From an uncultured virus (IMG/VR IMGVR_UViG_3300028588_000802) (Duplodnaviria; Heunggongvirae; Uroviricota; Caudoviricetes), in the IMG/VR virus record IMGVR_UViG_3300028588_000802: a stretch of DNA of 64,000 nt. The stretch is one strand, 5' to 3'. The notes beneath the pieces are model-generated. The model searched no databases. It was not told the DNA's origin and was given only the letters and a program-made list of their open reading frames with translations. The translations under genes and the position numbers were made by a program. Shown piece by piece: positions 28,588-38,560 of this stretch. Within the stretch, counting starts at the first letter, position 1, and each line of letters starts with the position of its first letter.

Positions 28588-28893
28588 ATGATTAAAATTG
28601 GAACTGTTGTCGTGGGCACCGAGAACCTCAACGTGTTTCGCACCGAGTACAACAACTCGGGGCTGGCTATCGTACTGAAAGACCAGAAGGGCTATCCGTT
28701 CGCGACCCTGTCGTACAACCTTCCCGACACGCCGCTGGGCAAGGATGAGTTCCTGGCCAAGACCGTCCGTGAAAATGAAGTGCTGCGCGAGCCTCTGCTT
28801 CGCTCCGGGCTCTTCGAGGATACCGGGCGCCGCGGACCTGCCCCTTGGGACGACCTCGAGGTGTGGCAGCTGGGCGGGGAATGCCCGTTTTAA
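28588..28893 (+). CDS. DUF4313-like protein
   Basis: YNN.GLAI.L....PFATLSYNL...EN...L..SGLFEDTG; GAGGAGG RBS. Confidence 0.55.
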   Translation: MIKIGTVVVGTENLNVFRTEYNNSGLAIVLKDQKGYPFATLSYNLPDTPLGKDEFLAKTVRENEVLREPLLRSGLFEDTGRRGPAPWDDLEVWQLGGECPF

Positions 28894-29007
28894 TTTGTTC
28901 CAATCCTGCTCAGCTTTGAGCAGGATTTTTTACGTCCGACCCCAGCAAGAAAAAACCCGCTCAGCATCGGCTAAGCGGGGAATAAAGCGAGGCTTTGCGG
29001 GCCTACG

Positions 29008-29655
29008 TTAGCGCACGAATGGCACCGGGGTCGGGCTGTACGTTTCAGCCATCTGCAGTACGACATTCGCCTGCTCGGGCTTCAGCCGGAGGTTCGTCCT
29101 GAGGTGGCTCTCGAAAGAGCGCACGCTTTCTTGGCGAGCGATTTCTGCTTCGCACGCGGCCAGGAACCGCTGACCTTCTTTGCCGCCGAGCCAGTGCATT
29201 ACTTGCTCCGCGACCTCGTAGTCCTCGAGGGACACCTTCCCACGTTCGAGAGGGCCACCTGGCGGCATCAGCAGGCGCTCGAGCGTGCGGTAACCGCCGT
29301 TGACAGACATCTTGCGGACTGTGTGTGCCGCCCACGCTTGGACGTAGGCGGTCTCACGACGCAAGACGTTCTCGGAGAGCTTTCGACCTTCAGCGAGCAC
29401 GGCGCGGCCCATATTGCAGCCGAGCCAGACAACGACGGTCGCGGCGACCGTTGCTGCACGTTCGGTCAACGGGAACGCATAGTCCGACAACACGCCCGAG
29501 AGCATGTAGTTGAACGGGTGGTCCGGGTTGCCATCGTCAGCCATGAACTTCTTCCAGGCCGAGTAAAACACCATCTCGCCGATTACATCTTCTCGGGGCG
29601 GGTACATCGGTTCGTTCTTGAATTGGGGCTGGTCCCAAATGTCGTCTGTTTCCAT
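29008..29655 (-). CDS. hypothetical protein, tandem paralogue 1
   Basis: high similarity to 29781..30428; own upstream motif and terminator. Confidence 0.75.
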   Translation of the reverse strand: METDDIWDQPQFKNEPMYPPREDVIGEMVFYSAWKKFMADDGNPDHPFNYMLSGVLSDYAFPLTERAATVAATVVVWLGCNMGRAVLAEGRKLSENVLRRETAYVQAWAAHTVRKMSVNGGYRTLERLLMPPGGPLERGKVSLEDYEVAEQVMHWLGGKEGQRFLAACEAEIARQESVRSFESHLRTNLRLKPEQANVVLQMAETYSPTPVPFVR

Positions 29656-29780
29656 TCCTTGTTCCTTCAAAAGAGTTGTCCTGTCCAGTGTAGCCACGCG
29701 CCGGCACCGGGCGCCGTCTAGCTTCTCAAAGAAAACCCGCTCAGCTTGCGCTGAACGGGGAATGAGACTGCAGGTTGCTG

Positions 29781-30428
29781 TTACTGGACGAACTGAACCG
29801 GCTTAGTGCTGTAGCCGGCCGCCATTCGCAGCGTCATCTCGACCGAAGTGGGCGAGAGGTTGAGGTTGACGGTCAGGTGACGTTTGAACTCCTCGACCTG
29901 CTGCTGGCGCTGGATTTCCGCTTCGCACGCGGCCAGGAACTTCTGACCGATGTCGCCGCCAAGCCAGAGCATGACACGCTCAGCGACCTCGAAGTCCTGC
30001 AAGGAAACGCCCTGAGTCGTCGGTCGCTCGCCTGGCGGCGTGAGCAGCAGTTCAAGGGTCCGGAAGCCTTCGTTGACCGCACTGTCGCGCATGTTATGTG
30101 CAGACCATGTGCTCAGGTAGACCTTGTCCCGGCGCATCCTGTGCTTGTCGGTGTTTTCTGCCGCATGAAGCATGTCGACGCCGCGGCGGCAACCAAGCCA
30201 GCAGATGACGGAAGCGGCAACTGTCGCTGCACGCTGCGACAGAGGAACGCCCGAGCTCATCAGGATTGTTCCCAGCTTATAGTTCGGCGCCTGGCGGCCC
30301 TCGCTATCTTGCGCGGTGTATGCCAGCCACGCATCGCGGAAGACGTGTTCACCGATGTTGCCGTCCCTTGGAGGCTGCATCGGCTGGTTGTCGAACTGGG
30401 CCAAGCATTCGACTTCTTGAGTTTCCAT
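29781..30428 (-). CDS. hypothetical protein, tandem paralogue 2
   Basis: shares PPR...IGE, RAATVAA..WLGC, WLGG..GQ.FLAACEAEI with paralogue 1. Confidence 0.75.
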   Translation of the reverse strand: METQEVECLAQFDNQPMQPPRDGNIGEHVFRDAWLAYTAQDSEGRQAPNYKLGTILMSSGVPLSQRAATVAASVICWLGCRRGVDMLHAAENTDKHRMRRDKVYLSTWSAHNMRDSAVNEGFRTLELLLTPPGERPTTQGVSLQDFEVAERVMLWLGGDIGQKFLAACEAEIQRQQQVEEFKRHLTVNLNLSPTSVEMTLRMAAGYSTKPVQFVQ

Positions 30429-30545
30429 CTGTACGTCCCTTCAAAATAGTTGTCCTGTCCAGTGTAGCGAAGCTTTGCCCAGTGCAAAAAGAAAAGCCCG
30501 CCAGATTGAGCTGGCGGGCAGAAGTAGTGCGGGCAGGGTGCCGGC

Positions 30546-30782
30546 CTAGCGCTCAGGCTGCGGGCATGGGGCAACGTAGTCCCAGCCGCTGGTGTCGACG
30601 TCGCGACCGCTTGCGCAGTCGCCGCTTGCGCACCATTTCTTCGCGAACGGTTGCCACTGCATGACGACCAGCCCATGGGAATGGCCGTCATAGTCGCGGC
30701 GTTCCAGCCAGTGGTGACCGGCATCCATGCTCATGCGCAGTGGCGGCGCCGGTTCGATATCTCGTTTGTGCGGGGTGTTCAT
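30546..30782 (-). CDS. small hypothetical protein
   Basis: motif at 30796-30816 and GGAG RBS. Confidence 0.55.
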   Translation of the reverse strand: MNTPHKRDIEPAPPLRMSMDAGHHWLERRDYDGHSHGLVVMQWQPFAKKWCASGDCASGRDVDTSGWDYVAPCPQPER

Positions 30783-30869
30783 GATTTCTCCGAAAGGTTG
30801 ACCTACTTGGTGTAGCAACCCTTATTGTTCACTTGCTATAATGGAATTCTCATCACATCAAGGACTACC

Positions 30870-31628
30870 ATGCTCGGAACGATTGTTGGAGACGTCTGGG
30901 GTTCCTGCCTCGAGCGCAGCTGCACCACCTCACGGGAGCTGCCGGCACTCACTGCGGCCCATCATGTGACAGACGACACTGTCATCACCATGGCCGTCAT
31001 TGACCACCTGAAGCGGGGTGTTCCGTTGAAGGAGGCTTTCAAGGACTGGGTTGCCGCTTACCCGGGCGTGGGCTACGGCAGCAAGTTCGAGGCCTGGGCC
31101 GAGGGCCGGGAGCCGGAGGCACCTGTGAGCTGGGCAAACGGCGCCTTGATGCGTATCGGGCCCGTTGCTGCGACCTCAAGCACGCTCGAGCAAGCCCGCA
31201 GCCTGGCGGCCGACATCACCAGCACCACCCATGGCCACCCTATCGCGATGACTGCTGTTGACCAGTACGTGCAGCTGCACTGGGCGGCGTTGCATGGCGC
31301 CAGCCGAGATGAGCTCCTGCAGATGTGGAAAGGCATGGGCGGGGCAGTCCACTCGGTTGAGGCCATGCACGCTGAAGGCTCGCCAATGAGACTGCGCGCC
31401 GACGACACGCTTGAAGACGTGATGAGCTGCCTAGCTGAAAGCACCGACTTCGATTCGCTTATCGGTACCTGCCTGTATCACGGCGGCGACAGTGACACCA
31501 TTGCAGCTGTTGCGGGTGTCCTAGGCGAAGCGCTCTGGGATGTGCCGGTGCATCTCGCGCAAGCCGTAGAACCGTATCTCGATGACCGAATTCGCGGTAC
31601 GCTGGCGCTGCTTGGCACGGGGCAGTAG
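30870..31628 (+). CDS. ADP-ribosylglycohydrolase (DraG/ARH family)
   Basis: GTIVGDVWG, TDDT, SWANGALMR, TH.HP, GGDSDTIAA. Confidence 0.85.
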   Translation: MLGTIVGDVWGSCLERSCTTSRELPALTAAHHVTDDTVITMAVIDHLKRGVPLKEAFKDWVAAYPGVGYGSKFEAWAEGREPEAPVSWANGALMRIGPVAATSSTLEQARSLAADITSTTHGHPIAMTAVDQYVQLHWAALHGASRDELLQMWKGMGGAVHSVEAMHAEGSPMRLRADDTLEDVMSCLAESTDFDSLIGTCLYHGGDSDTIAAVAGVLGEALWDVPVHLAQAVEPYLDDRIRGTLALLGTGQ

Positions 31629-31636
31629 AGGCGCGG

Positions 31637-32197
31637 CTATCGAGTAGTCTTGGTGGGCGCGACGGCCCACTCCGACTCGGGGTCTGCGGACAAATCCGGG
31701 TCAGCGAGAGGGATGGTGTAATCCAGCGCCAGCCGCGATTCCACGTGCGCCAGGATGGTGTAGGGTTCTTCGGACCCGAAGCACTGCACTATCTCGTTCT
31801 CACGAGCCGCGGCTCGGATACCGTTGTCGCCGCGAGCCTCTAGGTTCACCGCACGGCATACCGCGACGTTTGCGGCCTTCAGCAGCCAGTACTGGGGCGC
31901 ACCAGGTTGAACCTGCTCCCATGTCACTGGCGCCGGCTGCATTCCGTGCGCCGGGGTTCCCGGCAGCACCATCAGGAAGTTGCGGTCAAGTAGCTCGTCG
32001 ATGGAATCGGGTGACCGGGCCTCTTGGGCATTGAACGCCTGCTCCGCAGCCAGGACCTGCTGAGCCTGATGGAGCAGCTCGGTTGCGGCTACTCGGGACA
32101 CTGCACGGTTGGCCGTGTCTCCCGCATAGGAGATGGTGGCCGCTGCCAGCGCAGCTACCAAGGCGATAGAGATGAGGGCGACAATCAGCGAGAACAT
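31637..32197 (-). CDS. pilin-like protein
   Basis: hydrophobic N-terminus MFSLIVALISIALVAALAAATISYAG followed by a pilin-like amphipathic helix. Confidence 0.5.
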   Translation of the reverse strand: MFSLIVALISIALVAALAAATISYAGDTANRAVSRVAATELLHQAQQVLAAEQAFNAQEARSPDSIDELLDRNFLMVLPGTPAHGMQPAPVTWEQVQPGAPQYWLLKAANVAVCRAVNLEARGDNGIRAAARENEIVQCFGSEEPYTILAHVESRLALDYTIPLADPDLSADPESEWAVAPTKTTR

Positions 32198-32289
32198 GCG
32201 GTCTCCGGAGGGTGGGCTATCCTTCCGTATAGGGAGCGCTGTTAGATAAAAAACCTCCTGCAGGGCAGGAGGTTGGAATTACTGCAAGG

Positions 32290-32772
32290 TTACTTCGGTG
32301 TGTTCGCTTGGTAGTCCTTCAATAGCACGTAGAGCTCGGCGGCCGATAGGCCTTCAGGGTCACGGGACAGCCTACGAATCGTCGAACGAATCACTGCCGC
32401 CCGGTTCGAGAAGTCGCAATTCTCTTCCTCGTAGTGCGCCACCAAGGCATCCAAATCGACCTCGTGGGACAGCACTCCGATGCGCTTGAACCGCGTAGCA
32501 AAGACATCGTCTGGAACGACAATGTTTTGACCGAGTGCGTCCGGGGCGTACCCGAAGCGTGCACGTTGTTCCGAGAAGGAGAGCTCCTCCTGAGAGATGC
32601 TCTCGGCAAGTGCCGGATGTGCCCAGTGCGTGTACGGCGCCAGGAGCTTACCCCGGGCAATCGCCTTCTCTCCGTCGCCGAGAACGGCGATTTGATGGCA
32701 TTGACCAGGGATGGTGTAGTACGCACCGGTCAGCGTGTCCTGAAAGACCTCGTCGGTCTGGGTAACTTTCAA
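32290..32772 (-). CDS. hypothetical protein
   Basis: probable TTG start overlapping the upstream stop. Confidence 0.5.
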   Translation of the reverse strand: MKVTQTDEVFQDTLTGAYYTIPGQCHQIAVLGDGEKAIARGKLLAPYTHWAHPALAESISQEELSFSEQRARFGYAPDALGQNIVVPDDVFATRFKRIGVLSHEVDLDALVAHYEEENCDFSNRAAVIRSTIRRLSRDPEGLSAAELYVLLKDYQANTPK

Positions 32773-33434
32773 ATTTCTTCCTCTTCCTTGGTGGTGAAGC
32801 CCGCCGGCGCCTGGGTGATAGCCCAGCTGCTCAGCTTGCTGCGAATGATTCCTGCACGGGGCGCGGCGTAGCAATACATATCGAGTTCCGAATGCCAGTA
32901 CAGCCCATCCAGGCCTAAGACGTGTTCTGCGTAGGCAAGCGCCAGCATGTCCGGCGCGAAGCCGAGATTCACGTGCTGCTCTGCATACTCGACCAGCTTA
33001 TCCGTCGGGGCCGGGGTAACTTCCGTGTAGCGTCGGATAATATCTTCCTCATCATCCTCGCCGAGCTCGCGCACCGACTCTTCCCGGGTTGCGTGGGTGT
33101 AGGTTTTAACGATGTCGTCGCCGTTTTCAGTCATGTCCGCGCATTCGGTCATCACCGCAAGGCACTCGACGGCGTAACCTTCCTGGTATGCCCAGGCATT
33201 GATTATCTGCCACGCTTCCTTGGAAATACGGCAGACGTCCAGAAAACGACCCTTCGGCTTGGAGAGAATCCAGATTGGAGCCATTCCCAGCTTGGCAATG
33301 TGGCGCCAGGCATTGGGCGTACGTGAGACCGACAGGCACGGGCCTTCGTGGCTCGAGCGCGAGTTCGGCGGTGGCTGCACTGCCATGTCGCCCACGTGGT
33401 AAATCCTCGAAAATTTCTTGATAGGGAATTGCAC
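32769..33434 (-). CDS. hypothetical protein
   Basis: GTG start after AGGAGG; motif at 33447-33467. Confidence 0.7.
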   Translation of the reverse strand: MQFPIKKFSRIYHVGDMAVQPPPNSRSSHEGPCLSVSRTPNAWRHIAKLGMAPIWILSKPKGRFLDVCRISKEAWQIINAWAYQEGYAVECLAVMTECADMTENGDDIVKTYTHATREESVRELGEDDEEDIIRRYTEVTPAPTDKLVEYAEQHVNLGFAPDMLALAYAEHVLGLDGLYWHSELDMYCYAAPRAGIIRSKLSSWAITQAPAGFTTKEEEEI

Positions 33435-33721
33435 TTCGTCCTCCTGAGTTGTCCTGCGAAGTGTAGTGACCGCGCTCCGCACCTTGGCCAACCCAGTATC
33501 TTGTCGGCTTAGCATGTGATAAAATGCTTAAAACATCAGCAGTCCAATACTGAAGTCCCAACCGCCCAGTTGTTTGCTATACAACCCAGAGGACAAGATT
33601 TTACGTGGCGCTCTGCCACTTGCTCAGACTAAAACCAATAAAACGAGGGGTTCGCCCGTCGACAAGTAAATAGGCTTTGGGTTCGCCCAAGAGAGCCAGC
33701 TGATAACACACAAGGACAAGA

Positions 33722-34018
33722 ATGCTGCAAATTACCGGATATTGTGACGATTTTCTGATGAACGACGTCAAGGACATCGCCTCGCAGTTCATGCGAGACG
33801 TGCTTGGCTTCCTCCCTGGCGAATTCTCACTCTCCGATGACAGTACCCTGGATGACTTTTCCCTCATGAGTCGCCTGGACACCGGCGAGCTCACGTGGGA
33901 TGAGTTTGTGCTCAACAAGGTGGCCGACACCTATGGACTCACCCTGTCCTCGACCCGCATCAACCTGGTTACGCTGTTCACCCAGATTGAGCAGTCGACG
34001 AACGTGACGTACCACTGA
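33722..34018 (+). CDS. hypothetical acidic protein
   Basis: 98-aa ORF after a hairpin-rich leader. Confidence 0.55.
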   Translation: MLQITGYCDDFLMNDVKDIASQFMRDVLGFLPGEFSLSDDSTLDDFSLMSRLDTGELTWDEFVLNKVADTYGLTLSSTRINLVTLFTQIEQSTNVTYH

Positions 34019-34132
34019 CCGTCGCAGCATCGCAATTCATTCCAAGCCGCACTCCTTCCCGGACTGCGGCTTTTTCATTGCTAGTGCGACTCGCGGTCGC
34101 TACACGAGGTAGGACAACTACTGGAGTCAATC

Positions 34133-34489
34133 ATGGCCATCGCAAAGCAAGAACAAGCAGCAACTCCCGCAATCAACCCGGCCGAGCGCTACGACCTCGT
34201 CAAAGAGGGCGCTATTGTGCTGTTCGAATATCGTGGCAACGTGGAGTCCGGGAACGTAATCTACGTCCAAGGCACGCGCATCGGGCTGGTGTGGTTGGAG
34301 GGATACAAGAGTCGTAACGAAGACCTGCAAGTGCACGAACTGCTGTCTGTCTGGGACAAGAAGGGCCCTTGGATGGCTATCTTCCCCTTCACCGGCACCG
34401 GGCATCTCTTCCCCGCCGGCCGTGCTTGGCTCGAAAAGCACCCGAATCCGACCGACCGTCGCGAATTCCAACCGCCGAGCAACACGTAA
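34133..34489 (+). CDS. hypothetical protein
   Basis: motif GCTACAC-GAGGT-AGGACAACT at 34099-34119, GGAG RBS, terminator. Confidence 0.7.
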   Translation: MAIAKQEQAATPAINPAERYDLVKEGAIVLFEYRGNVESGNVIYVQGTRIGLVWLEGYKSRNEDLQVHELLSVWDKKGPWMAIFPFTGTGHLFPAGRAWLEKHPNPTDRREFQPPSNT

Positions 34490-34528
34490 TTCAAAAGCGC
34501 CCCTCAGGGCGCTTTTTCTTTTGTGGAG

Positions 34529-35005
34529 CTAGTCCGCTCGAGGCTTCACGTGCCAGAGCTGATGAATTTCCGAGAGCGGTTTGAACCCAGAGTCGGGCGA
34601 ATAGAAGGCGAGCCCGCGGGGCGGGGTTTCGGGCTGAGCGGAGAGAACAGTACGCCTGTGTGGGATAACGAACCCTGAGAGTACCGTGAGCCCGTGCCGG
34701 ACAACGAACCGAGGCTCGGGCTTGCCGGCTGCGCGGGTGGCGCGGTGCAGCTCCGGGATTACAGTGAGGGCGTCAGCCATTGGGATTTCGACCAGGGCGA
34801 CATCGACGCCAGTCCATTGCTTGACGCAGCAGGCGTACACCGCCTCGAGGTCTTCCTCTGGAATCTGCTCATCGCGAAGGATGCAGAGAGCCTCTGCTTT
34901 TGAGCCCGCGACGCAGAGATTGCGTAACTCTTTGGCGACCGGGCTACGGATGGTCTCGAAGACCTCGTCTATCAGGGCGCGTATGCGCAATTCTTCGGTG
35001 CTCAT
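34529..35005 (-). CDS. hypothetical protein
   Basis: 158-aa ORF. Confidence 0.55.
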   Translation of the reverse strand: MSTEELRIRALIDEVFETIRSPVAKELRNLCVAGSKAEALCILRDEQIPEEDLEAVYACCVKQWTGVDVALVEIPMADALTVIPELHRATRAAGKPEPRFVVRHGLTVLSGFVIPHRRTVLSAQPETPPRGLAFYSPDSGFKPLSEIHQLWHVKPRAD

Positions 35006-35095
35006 TGTCAGAGAAATTTTGCAATATCAGAACCGTTTATTGTAGCACTAGTAAGTGAAGTGGTACAATTTCGACTGCGGAAGGTGGTGAAGCAT

Positions 35096-35111
35096 CACGC
35101 AGATTTAGGGA
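35096..35111 (-). repeat. orphan iteron
   Basis: CACGCAGATTTAGGGA, identical to the oriV iterons. Confidence 0.75.
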
Positions 35112-35172
35112 GGAAAATAGAAATGGACGCATGTATGCGTCCATTCAGAATTACAGAACCGATTAGGGTTCG

Positions 35173-35433
35173 TTACATCGGCGGCTTCTTGACCTTTTTG
35201 CAGTCTTCGATGCCAATCGGCGGGCAGACGAAGTTGCTCTGGCTGGTGGCCGGCGCCGAAGCGACAGCGTTGGTCTGGGTCGAGGAGGTGACGGCGGCCG
35301 GCTGGGCGAAGGTCAGTTCCGAAGGCTTGGTGTGGTCGACAGGGGTCGAGGCGGTAGCTGCGGAGACGGAAGCACTTGCTGCCAGGGCGACTGCCATCAT
35401 CAGGCCGATGGAGCGCATACGCGATTTGTTCAT
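35173..35433 (-). CDS. small secreted protein
   Basis: signal-peptide-like N-terminus and AAGGA RBS. Confidence 0.6.
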   Translation of the reverse strand: MNKSRMRSIGLMMAVALAASASVSAATASTPVDHTKPSELTFAQPAAVTSSTQTNAVASAPATSQSNFVCPPIGIEDCKKVKKPPM

Positions 35434-35601
35434 GGTTTTTCCTTAGTTTGGTTTGAAAGATGTCCTGGTGTCTTGTATTAACTACCTGACACTACGTATA
35501 GCAGTTAGTAACGCAAAAAGCGTTCTATACCTAATGCGGGGTGGCCAGGCTGCAGCGACCACACCGCACCCTTCGAAGCAACTGTTTTTGGAAGCGCACT
35601 C

Positions 35602-36156
35602 ATGTTCCATCTCCACCTTAAATCCGTGCTATCTCCTGAGCTGTGCCAAGAGCTTATTGCCCAGGCTACTGCCGCGGGTTTTGAGCAGGCGAAGGTGAAT
35701 AGTTATGGCACGCAGAAGCGTATGACAAACATTCGGAACAACGAGCGCAGGGAGTGGGACGATGCCCGTCTGGCGCGCAGACTGGAAGGCGTACTCATTG
35801 AGCATGCCGCGGACGATTTCCCTTTTGGGATTTACGACCGAATGTTCGCCGGCGCTGGCGCCCATTTCCGGATGTACCGCTATCGCCCAGGCCAGTACTT
35901 CAAGCCGCATCGTGACGGGCAGTTTCGGCTGAACGAATTGAAGAGTTTCGTTACGGTTCTTTTCTACCTGAACGATACCGACGGCGGCGAGACGATTCTC
36001 ATGCCAACCAGCTACCTCTATCGGGACAACTGGATTACGGTTAAGCCTGGAGTTGGCGACGTACTTTTGTTCGAACATGACTTTTGGCACGAAGGCCGGC
36101 CCGTGCTCTCAGGGGAGAAGTACGTTCTCCGCACAGACCTCTTCTACCGCGGCTAG
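35602..36156 (+). CDS. 2OG-Fe(II) oxygenase (prolyl 4-hydroxylase-like)
   Basis: YRY..GQYFKPHRDG, FYLND..GGET, HEG......K.VLRTD. Confidence 0.85.
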   Translation: MFHLHLKSVLSPELCQELIAQATAAGFEQAKVNSYGTQKRMTNIRNNERREWDDARLARRLEGVLIEHAADDFPFGIYDRMFAGAGAHFRMYRYRPGQYFKPHRDGQFRLNELKSFVTVLFYLNDTDGGETILMPTSYLYRDNWITVKPGVGDVLLFEHDFWHEGRPVLSGEKYVLRTDLFYRG

Positions 36157-36224
36157 GCGCCGCCGGTTCGTATGCCAATGAAAAAGCCCAGCGGCGCTGG
36201 GCTTTGCGAGGGAGTATGAGCGCC

Positions 36225-36689
36225 TTACTTGGCAGCTTGAGGGGCAGGCGCGACCGGCGCCGGCGTGGCGGTCGGCACGATACGCTTGTCTGCTTCGGCC
36301 TTAGCCAGCGCCTGCGATGGAGTCGGTTTGGCCCCGTTGGCCGCTGTCATTGCGGCGCGCTGTTTCATGAACTCATCCATCTGGAGCTTGTGTGCGGCAG
36401 CGAGTTCCTCCGGCGTCACGAAGCCGTCTTTGTTGGTGTCGAATTTCCGGAAATTGGTCTGCGCCGGTTCCAGGAACTCCTTCAGGGTCACCTTGCCGTC
36501 TTTGTTCTTGTCGAAGCGCGTGAGCTGACGTGCTGCCATCTCGACTTCGCGGTCTGCGCGGGACACAGGTGTCGTGATTGCTTTTGCAGGCTTGGCCGCA
36601 GGGTTCGAGACCGGAGTTACCGGCGTCAGTTGGGCCATCGCGGCGGATGCAGTGAGGGTGAACAGCGCTGCAGCAAGAATTTTCTTCAT
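36225..36689 (-). CDS. secreted EF-hand protein
   Basis: signal peptide; DKNKDGKVTLKE and DTNKDGFVTPEE EF-hand loops. Confidence 0.8.
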   Translation of the reverse strand: MKKILAAALFTLTASAAMAQLTPVTPVSNPAAKPAKAITTPVSRADREVEMAARQLTRFDKNKDGKVTLKEFLEPAQTNFRKFDTNKDGFVTPEELAAAHKLQMDEFMKQRAAMTAANGAKPTPSQALAKAEADKRIVPTATPAPVAPAPQAAK

Positions 36690-36836
36690 AGGGTTCCTTG
36701 AGGAGGTTCGGTTGTATTCGTTTAGGTGTTACAGGCAAACCCTGTATAGCGTGGGCGGTTAGTCAAGGTGCTAAGCCAGCCAAGATTGCCGCGCTTATAA
36801 TTGCTACACATGCAAGGCCCACTAACAGAGCAAATC

Positions 36837-37730
36837 ATGATTTCAGAAATCCAATTCATCGACCTCGCTAAATCCGAGACCTTCTCGTACGCGGCGAAAG
36901 TCAAGTTCTTCAAGGCGAATGCCAGTATCAAGTTCGAGCCAGGGCTCAACATCCTTTTCGGCGTCAATGGCTGCGGCAAGTCCACAGTTCTTCGAATGGC
37001 GGCACTCGCAACGGCGGCAGAGCAGGGCGGTGTTTCGACCATTACCCGTACCTGGGTCGGCGAGGTGGCCGACCGTTTTAAAGGTTGTTCCAATATGGAC
37101 GGGCTGAAGGTGCTGCACGATGGCACACCCGTCATGTACGGTAACCCGCGCAACGCCGTAGGTCTGTTCGGAGGAAGCGCCGCGTTTGATGACGACTTCT
37201 TCGACGAAGGCCTGGCAAACCTGCACTCTAAAGACTCGACCGGATACTCTACGATTAACCGGCTGGGCAAAATGCTGTCGATGCTCGCCGGCCGGATGCC
37301 CTTCCCAGAGAAGATTGACGACCGCATCGGCTTGCTGAAAGACCGTACTCGAGATACGGAGGATACAATCGCGTTCGAGCTCCTGAAGGCGTCTATTCCA
37401 GTAGGTCCGCGCACATTCATCCTGGATGAGCCGGAGTCCGGGCTCGCGATTCCCGTCCAGAAGAAAGTCTTCGATGACCTGTACAAGGCTGCACGAACGC
37501 TCGATGTCCAGCTGCTGGTCGCGACTCATTCGATGTTCGCACTCGGGCTGACCGGGGCAAACTACATCGAGATGGAGCCGGACTATCTCCTGCACGCAAA
37601 GAACGCGTTCTCCGCAGTGCACGTGCGGCTCGAGCTGGAACGGATGCTTGCGGAACTCGAGGAGAAAAAGGGGTCGGACCGGAAGGATGCGACTGCTGAC
37701 GACTCCAACGGCACCGCCAGCAACACGTAG
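36837..37730 (+). CDS. ABC/AAA-type ATPase
   Basis: Walker A GVNGCGKS, ILDEPESGL, VATHS. Confidence 0.8.
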   Translation: MISEIQFIDLAKSETFSYAAKVKFFKANASIKFEPGLNILFGVNGCGKSTVLRMAALATAAEQGGVSTITRTWVGEVADRFKGCSNMDGLKVLHDGTPVMYGNPRNAVGLFGGSAAFDDDFFDEGLANLHSKDSTGYSTINRLGKMLSMLAGRMPFPEKIDDRIGLLKDRTRDTEDTIAFELLKASIPVGPRTFILDEPESGLAIPVQKKVFDDLYKAARTLDVQLLVATHSMFALGLTGANYIEMEPDYLLHAKNAFSAVHVRLELERMLAELEEKKGSDRKDATADDSNGTASNT

Positions 37731-37819
37731 TAATTCGACCGCACCTTCTGGTGCGGTTTTTCTTGGCGGGTTAGTCCTGGTCGCTACACCGTAGTAGGAC
37801 AACCACGAAAGGACTACCT

Positions 37820-38236
37820 ATGAACGTACCAACCAGCCTGCAGGGCAAAGACATCAACGGTTACACCGACGCTGCTCATGCTCGCAAAGAGCGTTTCCAC
37901 AAGGATGGCAAGAAATTCATGAAGGAGCTCGCCGCGGCACTCGGCATCACCGACGCCTGCGACATCCGCAGCAACAAAGCGGGGCCCGCGGTTTCGGGTG
38001 AGGTGAGCCTCCACGGGGACCACATCTACGTCCAGCTGTCGGGCAGCTACCACGAAGGTCCGCAGTTGCTCTACCGCAGCTGCAAGAATCGCAAGGACTA
38101 CACCGGCGGCACCAACAACTTCATCAGCATGGAGAAGCTCGCCTCATCGCTGCAGGCACGTGACAACTTCGTCAAGCACTGCAAGTCCCTGATGGCCGCT
38201 GCTCAAGAAGTCGCCGGCGCCGCAGTTTCGGCTTAA
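37820..38236 (+). CDS. hypothetical protein
   Basis: motif at 37783-37804 and AAGGA RBS. Confidence 0.7.
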   Translation: MNVPTSLQGKDINGYTDAAHARKERFHKDGKKFMKELAAALGITDACDIRSNKAGPAVSGEVSLHGDHIYVQLSGSYHEGPQLLYRSCKNRKDYTGGTNNFISMEKLASSLQARDNFVKHCKSLMAAAQEVAGAAVSA

Positions 38237-38317
38237 TTCCCACGCCTGCCACCTCCCGGTGCGCAGGCTTTTTTACGTCCATAGAAAAACCGCACAGACA
38301 AGCTGTGCGGTTGAGAA

Positions 38318-38560
38318 TTACTGCTGTGCGGGCACCACCTCGAACTGATTCATGTTGGCGAGGAAGCCCTTTTTACGGCTGGTCTCGACCCAGAACAGCT
38401 CCAGGTTGCCCGGCCGCTCCGTTCCGAAGATTTTGCCGATTTCACCCAGGCTGGCCCAGGTTTCGTCAGGCCGGCCTGGGAACGTTGCAATCAGGTCCTC
38501 CTTAAACCTCACGGAGTCGCCTGGCTGCGGCAGGTGTGCGTACTTCGGGTCGACCTTCAT
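38318..38560 (-). CDS. small hypothetical protein
   Basis: coupled to the upstream gene (ATGA overlap). Confidence 0.55.
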   Translation of the reverse strand: MKVDPKYAHLPQPGDSVRFKEDLIATFPGRPDETWASLGEIGKIFGTERPGNLELFWVETSRKKGFLANMNQFEVVPAQQ

